64,000 bases of DNA, taken from the NCBI GenBank assembly GCA_964016885.1, contig OZ024741.1, positions 142,600,001-142,664,000 of the forward strand, read 5' to 3'. The notes under the pieces were generated by a model that worked only from the letters and a program-made list of their open reading frames with translations, ran no database searches and was not told the origin of the DNA. Below, piece after piece: positions 53,901 through 64,000 of the stretch (positions are counted from its first letter, which is position 1; the number at the start of each line of letters is the position of its first letter). Source of the stretch: Eledone cirrhosa. Its lineage: Eukaryota. A program made the translations under genes and the position numbers.

Positions 53901-54887
53901 AGTAAATAGAAAATGACAGCCATTCAAATGCAACATTTATTAAGAAAAGATTTTTAAATCCTAAAGATGGTTCCAGAATTTCCATATGAGTTTGAGAAGA
54001 CCATCATGCCAATCCCTATCGAGTACTTTCGATAAATAAAAGGCAACACAAGTTGCCTCACATCTAAAACATGTTAGAACCTTTCCTTAAACACACTCAG
54101 AAAACAGATTCAAAGTGCAAGATTAATCAAAGGCACAAAAACCTAACTTGAAAAGAGCTGACTGAGCGGTAGTTATGAGGATCAGAACGTTCACCAGAAT
54201 GTTTGAAAATAGGAATAACAGAGTCCGATTTCCAGTAGACTGGAAAGAAAGACACAACTATGCATTTGTTAAGCCTTTCAGTGCGATATTTCTAATGAAA
54301 TACACTACCTACGTGTTTCGATAATTTTTGAAAATAATCAAATATTTGGATGAATTGAATAAAATAACTATGTTTTTCATTAGTAGCCTGATATTTAGAA
54401 CATTACTTTTAAAGAAAATTAAATAATGATGAAAAGTTTTTTAGCATTTTAAGATGAGCAGTTTTATATCATAAATCAATGGTGGTTTCAAGCGGATTGG
54501 TATCGAAATATTTAATAAAGAGTTCAGTCATCGTATGTTCCTTCAACTTCTAACAGCTTTTACGATGAAGTCCACTAAAGCTTCTGCTTTTTCAATCTTC
54601 GACTCTAGTCCGTTCGACTATTAACCAACGCTAAAAAGTTCCTAGTGTGGAAAACCAAAACGAATTTTATAGTGATTCACTGATGCAAGTCTCTTAAGAC
54701 CGAACATTTAGAATAAAACACGTTTAATTCTTTAAGCGCATTGTTTGGCCTTTATTCATTTAAAATATTTATAAAACAGAAGAAAGTTCAGAAGAACACT
54801 TCAAAAGGATAGCAGTTATAATATCAAGAACAGAAACCATATATGTGTTGAGGCTTGAAATGACCTTCGCTTCGCATTTATAAATTA

Positions 54888-55778
54888 CTAGCATTAAAGC
54901 CCGGCGTTGCTCGGGGTCATTAAGTTACCAAAGTTAGGTTGCACCACCCATTTTATGGCAGCACTTTTTTGTCTGCCAGGCACTGGGTGAATGAATTGCA
55001 GACCTGGAAGCATGAGCTGCGCCAGCAGTGACAATTGTAGTTTCGCCTATGGATATTATCTCTGGGCAAAAAAGTGTTGAAATTTATTGTTTCACAGTAC
55101 TTGCGCAACACGCGCGTAGACGATGCCAGCCGAACAACAGAGCTGCGATGGAGTTGTTCTGCATGGTTGTCTGTGTGTTTTCTAAATTTAAGACAGTAGG
55201 GAGTGGTGTGATATGAGGGAGAGTTAGGTGTTGTTTCTAGCAGGTTTAGTGACCTCATAGAGGATATGTGTTTTCTAAATTTAAGACAGTAGGGAGTGGT
55301 GTGATATGGGGGAGAGTTAGCTGCTGTTTCTAGCAGGTTTAGTGACCTCATAGAAGATATGTTTTCTAAATTTAAGACAGTAGGGAGGGGTGTGATATGG
55401 GGGAGAGTTAGCTGCTGTTTCTAGCAGGTTTAGTAACCTCATAGAGGATATGTGTTTTCTAAATTTAAGACAGTAGGGAGTGGTGTGAACGGACAGTATC
55501 ACCATCAAGCTTGGAAAGAGAAAGTAGCAGAAAGTATGTAGTTGTATAGATTTTGAATGGTAGTGGAAAGAGTTTAGCAGTTTAAATGACAGAGGAAAAT
55601 CGTAAAATATTGAGTTTTATCTATTTTTTGCGTAATTGTGGGTGAAATTGAAAAAATTATCTGCTTCAAGACGCAATCGAAACTATTTCGAATACTGAAT
55701 TGTAAATTTCAATTGAAGAAATTCTATATCGTAGATTTCTATAACGAAGGAGCTTGACCACACACTGAGCTTTATAGA
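54888..55778 (-). mobile_element. Non-autonomous Helitron containing a tandem array of about 93 bp
   Basis: Minus strand: A|TCTATAAAGCTCAGTGTG start; hairpin cccgagcaacgccggg then CTAG|T. Array at 55175-55487, about 3.4 copies. Confidence 0.75.
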
Positions 55779-57441
55779 TTATGATATGTAAATCAGATAA
55801 AGGAACATTACATCGAGAAAGGATGCATGGAAAAACAGGATCAGATGAATCAAGAATCAAGGTTAAAATTATTGATAAACAACTGAACAAGTGATTCTAC
55901 TTTATCATTAAAAATCAGTACTTCATTATCATCAAAGAGAGAATTCTAGATTTACCATTACTCAATACACTGTTATAGATTTTCCAAAAGTCTCGACAGT
56001 CCAGCTTTTTAAAACCAGCGTTAAATTTGCTCCTCATCAGATACTCAGATTTATTGTCTTCAAGAGAATTCTTGCAGCGCATCCTTAAGCCGTTTATTTT
56101 CTAAAGAGTTGTCTCGGCGATAAAGGTGGAAAAGTGGTTTCTGTGAGCAATTACAGGAATTCCGAAATCGATAAAATAAAATCCCAGTCAAGTACTGGGG
56201 TCGATATAATCGATCTTCCTCTAAATTGTTGGCCTTGTGTCGAAATCAGAAATCACTATTGACTACGTTCACCAGCTTTGCTCTAGTTGTTAGCATTAAG
56301 TAATTCAACCCGTATAACGGTAATCGTCGTGATGTATGAATCTGGCTAATCCTGGGTAATTGAAAAATATGAAATAGAATTAAACAACCCTTTATGAGAT
56401 ACGTGAAATAATTCTCCTGCTATTATGTCAAGAAAAAAGATTGCTTTGACTGGGTGAGACAGCAACTTGCCAGTGTGGCTCCCCAGAGCAGACGGCAGAG
56501 CACATACTAAATGAGTACCCGGATCTCCGCCCACCTGAGAGTGTGGATCTCACGCACCCTAATGCCACTAGCATAAGCTAGTTGCAGCGCCCGGGTGATG
56601 ACACCTGATTGCTGTCTTATGTGAAGAAGAAGATGTGGAAATTAAGCTGTCTCGTGGGAACAATGACTGGGTTTCGTAGAAGCGACATATGAACCGGTTC
56701 TAGCTTGGGTGACTGAAGAATATCAAAGAGAACTGAAAAATATCAAAAGATAAGTCCAACGATTATCATGATGGTACATATGAATGTGATTAATAAGTTT
56801 GCTTCGCAATCATTAGATCTCGTGTTCGATCACACTGTGTGACATCTTGGGCAAGTGTCATTTAACATAGCCTTGTAATTAAAGCTAGGTAGACGTGGCG
56901 TGTACGTGAAGCTGGGTAGACGGACACAGTTCAGAAACCTGTCGGATGAACTGTACCTGCCATCCAAAGGGCCAATCTTATCACTCACTGTGTCGCACTG
57001 AATCTCCCTGAGAATTACGTTAAGGGTACACGTGTTTGTTATACGTTAATTTTATGAAGAGGCTGTCCCGCTGATCGAACGACTAGAAAACACGTCGTCG
57101 AAACCGACGGAGGTCTATTTTAGATAAACAAAAACATCTTGGACTGGGCGGGATATATCAATTATGAATCCATAGAACTTTTACGAAACACAAATTTAAA
57201 ATAAAATCTTAAATTAAACATTTTATTCTACTTTTATTATTCAATCTGGGGCGGAAAATTGACAGAGACGTTAAAACGTCGGATAGAATACTTTGCGGTA
57301 TTCGCTCCGACACTATGCGTTCTGATTTCAAATGCCATTGAGATCATCTTTGCCTTTTATACTTTCGAGGTAGATAAAAGAAGTACCAGTCCAGTACTGG
57401 GGTCGATTCTTCCTCTCTATATCTTTTTCCCTTCATCTCTA

Positions 57442-57513
<72 letters not shown>

Positions 57514-58479
57514 TCTCCCCTTCTCTCCTTCTTTGGAAGAAATCAGCTGTGTTCAGATGTGGAGAAGGGTGGGCTCCGCCAGATTTTAAAAAGTGCCCTA
57601 AAAGCGCCGTATATCACTACAGTGACTCCACCTGGAATTATGGGTTTATGCATGCATACATTATACAATCCAAATATTTGTAACAGAAACACAATAGTTT
57701 ATTGCCAGGGTCGGATTAAGACCAACAGATGCCATAAGCACGGCTACATTCTCTAATTGACAAGACACTAAGACAGAAGTGCTGAATGTACGAAATAAAC
57801 TAAAACTTTAGATCGCGTTTAGTCCATTCCCTATGCCAGACTAACTAAAAAGAGTAAAGACCATCTTCGGTCACGAATGACCATGCGTTTTGTACCTAGA
57901 AAGTTCCCCTTGGGGCACAAACCCGGGCAAAGTGTTTTTGTGGAAGACCAGCAGTCCCCCATGCATACTAGTTTCTTCTCTCCAAGCCACCGATGTTCTT
58001 CTACAAAAGTAAGGCAAAGAACAATACAACTTGGTACTAGAGACTCATTTCTACAGCTGAGTGAACTTTAGCAGCAAGAAATAGTGTCTTGCTCAAGAAT
58101 ACAACGCACCGGCCGGTCTGGGAATCGAACTCCTAATCACACTATTGTAAACCCAACACTCTAACTGCTTAGCCACGCGTCTTCACAGATCAGTCTACAC
58201 AACTGTATTAAATACTAGCAGTTGTAACCTGCATTGCCCAGGTTTATTAACATTGATCTCCCTGTCTGTTTTTATTGGCATTTCTCAGAGTAGGTGCTTT
58301 TTCATTCTCTGACACCTTTTCTGGTGTATGCTTATACCAATTTATTGTTGATATATCATAATTGTTTCTACTTTTGGCACAAAACCAGCAATTATCCCAG
58401 TGTATTACTGGTACTTTATTTTATCGACCCCGTAAGGATGAAAGGCAAAGTTAACTTGCTGGCATAACTTATATATGTG

Positions 58480-60600
58480 TATATAAGTTCCAGCCGTTTC
58501 ATGTCTGTAGGTATATTATTTTGTGGCTAAGATTGGACAGTCAGAGACAGTGAAATTAATTATATCTTCTCCACTTTCATATATTCTGTAGTTATTTAAA
58601 GCCTTCTGTTTTATTATGCACTTTCGGTGGTTTCCGATGAAGGGGCTTTGATTTTGTGCTGTAATTAAGAATTCTTCAGTCTCAGTTGTGAGTCCAGTAC
58701 TTTTTAGTCGGTTTTGTGAGTTTTTCTTGTCCACTTCCTCCTTCAGCTTTTTGGAGGTATTGGTCCTGTAGGGGGTTTTCTTGCTATTGTTTTAGTATGG
58801 TATTCTGGAAATGTCTCCAATTTAGATTTTATCTCTTACACAATTCCTGTTGCTTCTTTATTTTCATTTCCCTCATAATTATCTGTTAATTCAACTTCTG
58901 TTTTGAATTTGTTGACTTCTTTGAAGACAGAAAACAAGTTTTGTTTTACTCTTTTACTCTTTTACCTGTTCCAGCCATCCGGCTGAGGCCATGTTGGGGC
59001 ACCGCCCTTGTTTTGTTCATGTTTCATGGCTATTTGTATTAACTTTCCATTATTTTTCATTAGATATTTATGTAGTCCGACAGTTGTCATTTTATAATAG
59101 TTTTCTAGTTGCATCAGGTCCCTTCCTCCCTGTGTTCGTAGGTATTATCCTTTTACATCTGATTTTGGGTGGTGTATTTTAAATGCAGTCATTATTTTTA
59201 TTGTTTTTCTATCTAGTCCTGCTAGTTCTTTTAGTGTCCTCTTCAGAATATTAAAACTGTAGCTTATTACTGGGATCACTAGAGTATTGATGCCTATTAC
59301 CTAATTCTTTGCATTTAGTTCTGACTTAAGTAGTAATTTAACCCATCTACAGTATTCTTTTCTAATCTTTTCTTTCGTTTCTGTGTGTTAACCCATTGCT
59401 TCTTAATATCTGTATGCCTGTGTTTGAACTAATTCTTTTATCTCGGTTTCTTTATCTAGTCTGATATTAGTGTTTTTAACTAGTTTTTCTTTCTTCAGAG
59501 TTGCCTTGGCACATTTTTCTGATCCAAACTTCATGCCTATTTCTTTTGCGAATCCATGTACTGTCTGCAGCAGTGTTTCAAGCTAGCTCGCTTTGCAGCG
59601 TACAACTTTAGATCGTCCATATAGGAGAGATGGTTAATTTTTTGCCGTAGCATTTATATCTATGCCCAATCCTGTTTAGATCTCAAATAATGGTGTCAAT
59701 GCTAAGCAGAAGAAGATTTGTGCTGGAGACTCCTCTTGAAATATTCCTCAGTTAATTGGAATGGGCTCGGTTTTTATAAATCCATTTTTCTTCTATATCT
59801 GCAGGACTGTTTGCCATGTATTCATGGCACGGCTAATGAATGTTATTATTATTGGCGCTACTTTGTTAATGGCTAGTGTGTTCAGTGTCTACGTATGGGC
59901 AGCATTACCTAGCCTTTTGGTAATCAATCTATAAATCTATACTATGCTTATATTTTTTTCTTTTCCTGCAGTTCTCTGTTATGGATTTGTTGATTAGTAA
60001 TTGATCTTTACTGTCACACGAGCCTTTGCAACATTCTTTCTGTTCTTCTGGAAACCAGTTTTTTTTTCTTTTCAGGTGCTGCGAAAACATTTCAGTTAAG
60101 ATATTGTAGATTATAGAAAAGCAAGTTATGGGTTTGTAGTTTTGGGGTTTGCTGTGACATTATTCTTGGGGATCGGGGAGGTTTTCCCCTTAGTGAGCTA
60201 GTCAGGTAGTATTTCTGGTTCAGTTAGTTGCTCATCAATCTTTTTTGTAAGTACACAATATGTCCCTGTTAAATATTCCAACCAGAAATTTAGGATCTTG
60301 TCATGTCTCGCTTGCTTTTTTCAGCGTCTTAGACACTTCCTCTGTTAGGGGCTGTGTTCGTTGTTCTTACTATTTCTATGCGTGGTAATTTCCTGCTGCC
60401 CACAAACCTCCCCACTGCTCTTCCACTTTTTTTTTTTACATTGGGGGCTACATTTACCTCTAGTTTGCTTCTATCAAGTTCCTAGTAAAATCGTTTGGGG
60501 AGGAATTAAATAGCTGGTTTCGTTCAAAAAGCTTTTAACGTCTTTCAAATCTCCGGATTCTTTATGCCTTTGCAAGTATTCATTGTTTTAGGCATTCCTT
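58480..60600 (-). mobile_element. Degenerate R4/Dong-clade (RLE-type) non-LTR retrotransposon
   Basis: HLSYMDDLKLY RT motif (about 59600-59635) and LKSTGLTTETEEFLITAQNQ...CPILA..RH region typical of R4/Dong; many stops. Confidence 0.85.
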
Positions 60601-60694
60601 AGTTTCAGTGATTTCCTTTTCTATTATATATGTTTTTTTTATTATATATGTTTCTATTATATATGTTTTTAGTATTTTTATTTTATTTCCTATG

Positions 60695-61010
<316 letters not shown>

Positions 61011-61294
61011 TCACCATGACAGTCTTTACTAATATTGCTTTTAGTAACAACATCGTGCTGCGTTGTGAGATACTACCTTTAGGCAGCTACTGACCACGTG
61101 TCCGATAATGTGACATAACCGACATTTTCGTTTGCATCTTGAAGCTGTAAAGCAAGGTCTCAAAACACGCGGCCCGCGGGCCGCATGCATCCCGCAAACT
61201 ACTTTTCTGTGGACTGCGGCAGAACATTTGAAAGAGAAAATTTATCCCCTTACATCGTATTTATTTTGATGAAATAAATAAATAATTAAATAAA

Positions 61295-62261
61295 TCTACT
61301 ATATACTTGAGAGTGTATGGGCGTATGTATGTATGCTTGTATGTATGTATGTTTGTATGTATGCATGTGTATGTATATGCGCGGGGACATAGAAATAATC
61401 GAGCTGGATACCCGATCGCGCGGTTAAATCACTGGGAGTGAAGGACCCCTAGCCTTTGTCAGGGCATTCTTCTAGGAGAAGGCAATTCAGGGAACTGGGA
61501 TAACTCCGACATAAAACCTGCGGCTCAGTAGTTACCGATGATGTTGATCTTTTCTTCTTTTCGGGTTATGGCTACTGTCGCTCAGAGAGTGGGATTGGCC
61601 CCTGTGCACAGTCTTTCCTCACTTTAAAAAAAAAATTTGCACGATAGCATTAATTGATAATTATTAATAATGTTATATCGTGCAATGGCCATACTCGATA
61701 ACGAGAGGGCAGCCATCATGTATGCATGTATGTGTGTGCATGCCGGCGAAAGGTACCCGAAACGGTGCTTCCAAAAGAAAAACAGATTTGATTTCCGAAA
61801 TCTGTTTCCTAAGAAGATTTTAGGGCACATGGAGTTTCTTAATTAAGAAAATGAATAAAGAAAGAAAATAAAAATAAAATAAAATAGGAAATAGTAATAA
61901 TATCAATCACTGTTACTGTGACAGTTTAAGTAGTATGGCTTTTATTGATCGTCTCACGCATTCCTTCAAAGTGAGCTTATTATTCCATCCATGCATGTCG
62001 TCAACAGGAGGCATTGTTCTCGCTACGTGGCAGAGAGTTGTCCTCACAGAGGTCACCCGATATTACGTGAAGACGCTTACACGAGAGTACACAACAAGCC
62101 ACTGATACCACTTCAACATATAGCTCCACTTAGGGGCGATTGACGATTAACGGGGATGGGTCACAGGGAATAAGGCTCGGGGTGACATAAAATAAAATAA
62201 AAATTGAAAGAAAGACATTCTATGGTGAATGTTGCCCGGTAATTGCGTGCTACTCTGCTAG
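61295..62261 (+). mobile_element. Probable non-autonomous Helitron carrying an RTE 5'-UTR segment (61435-61625)
   Basis: A|TCTACTATATAC start with (gtat)n; degenerate 3' hairpin then CTAG|T. The inner segment is homologous to 25035-25205. Confidence 0.55.
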
Positions 62262-62559
62262 TAAATAAATAGATAAATAAATAAATATACCCAAGGGCGG
62301 TTCCCCAGCATGGCCTCAGCCAGATGGCTGGAACAGGTAAAAGAGGAAAAGAGTAAAATAAATAAATAAGCGGCGGAGGGTGAGTTAGTTGAAGGTAGAT
62401 ACTCGTTCGGACGTCACACATTTCCTCTTCTCACCCAAACTTTCACTCACTAAAATATGCTTATCTGTATATGTTTATTTATGGTAGCATGCGTATGCGT
62501 GTGTGTGTGCGCATGTGTGTGTGTGCGTGTGTGTGTGTGGGGGGGGGTGTTCTAATGTA

Positions 62560-64000
62560 CTGAGTATCCTCCTGAGTAGGATGTATGAAAACACCTTGTA
62601 AATGGTGAGTAGGAGGCTGATTGGGCGGTAGTTTCTGAAATCTGCTTTATCACCTTCCTATGGATTAAGACTAATACAGCATTTTTCAGCTGTCAGGAAC
62701 ATGGCCTTCTTCTAAACACCAGTTGAAGAGCTTGTTGAGTACCATGACAATGGGCTCTCCATCATCCTGGAGTATACCTGCAGTGATATTGTCTTTTCCT
62801 GATGCCTTGTCTCTCTTTAATCGTTTAATGCTCGCTCTTGACTCTGATTGAATGATAGTAGGAGGTTGTGTAGATGTTGAGGTTTTGTTACTGAAGAATG
62901 ATTGGTCCTGGGCTGTCTTGTGCTGCATAGTTTGCTGTCGAAATTCTTCGCATCGTTTTATAAGCCTGTTGAGGTCAGTAATGAGTGCGCCGCTCTCTTC
63001 TAACAATGACACTGCTTCCTTTTGATTATATTCAATCCTTTATTCACTTCCAGGGCTTTGAGCTGCCACTCTTTATCATATCGTCTGATGTCTTCCTTCG
63101 TGTGGCGTCTTGTAGCCATGCAAATTTCAGAGTACTCAACATATTGGGTATCTGTCCCGCCTCTCTTCATCTGTCCTATCTTTTCTCTTAGTTGCTTGGT
63201 ATCCTTTGAAAATTTGACCTCTTTAGGTGACTTTCCACTCCCGGTGATTATTACTACTGTCTCCATTATGCTAGTGGTAATGTTGTTTGCATATGAGCTG
63301 ATGTCTTCTTCCAGTACCTCGAACTTATTGTTCAGCAGCAACTGGAATTCTGTGGCCTTGTCAGATAGTATGATGATATTCGGTTTCTTTAGGTTTTTGG
63401 CGAGTCTAGCCCACTCCAGCTTTGTGTTGGTGGTCAAAGAAGCGCGCAATAGCCGGTGTTCGCTACCCATATTGAAATTGTTGATGACTGAGACATGAGT
63501 GGAGGTCTGGGGCTTATCTGTCAGGATGTAGTCAATTTCATTCTTAGTGCTTCTGTTGGGTGATAACCATATCCATCATCAAATGATCTTCTTGAAAAAT
63601 GTGTTCATAATGTTTAGTTTCCGACGCTCATATAAATTGACAAGAATGTTTCCTCTGTCGTTCCTGGAGCCAAAGTCACTTGTGCTCCTTTTTCCTGGCC
63701 CTCATCTCCCAACTTATGCATTGAAATTTCCCATAACGATGTTAAAGTGGGTCCTCTTGCTGTTCAGGATGCTGTCAATGTCTTCGTAGACTTTTTCCAC
63801 CTCCTCCTCCTCATCTGAGTAGCTAGTTGTTAGTAAATAAACTTGAATGATGTTGAGATGGTGCTTGCTGTTGTTCTTGACGGTAAGTTGCGCGACTCTA
63901 TCAGATAGGCTCTTGAAACTGGTAATATTTCCAGCAATGCACTTGTGGACGACAAAACCAACTCCTCTGTTCACTCTGTCATCGCCTTCGTAGTATAGAT
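62560..64000 (-). mobile_element. RTE-clade LINE ORF: APE endonuclease to RT N-terminus, disrupted
   Basis: GVGFVV..DRVA..IIQVY..IVMGNFNA, NEIDYIL, GSEHRLLRA, KASGKDNITA and NYRPISLL motifs. Confidence 0.92.

Overview
AT-rich, microsatellite-laden animal genomic DNA. The SINE, LINE and microsatellite make-up resembles an octopus/coleoid cephalopod genome (inference). One host gene is recognisable: a large minus-strand coding exon (48002-50041) of a probable MSL1 orthologue, with about 650 aa of low-complexity sequence ending in the MSL1-type coiled coil at a phase-0 GTAAGT donor. No downstream MSL1 exon was recognised, so much of 1-48001 may be intronic. The rest is transposon debris: a Penelope-like (PLE) GIY-YIG end, two mariner copies, a hAT/Charlie element with TSD, Helitrons, MITEs, RTE, CR1 and R4/Dong LINE pieces, tRNA-derived SINEs, minisatellites and kb-scale (TA/CA)n arrays. 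The most striking signal is about 10 minimal type-I hammerhead ribozyme (HHR) motifs from several distinct families. Four of them sit in the centre of, or inside, long fold-back palindromes next to (TA)n tracts, including a near-perfect 332-bp zero-spacer palindrome carrying an intact HHR on each strand. Most long ORFs in the supplied track are microsatellite artefacts. All calls are by eye, and many element boundaries are approximate.
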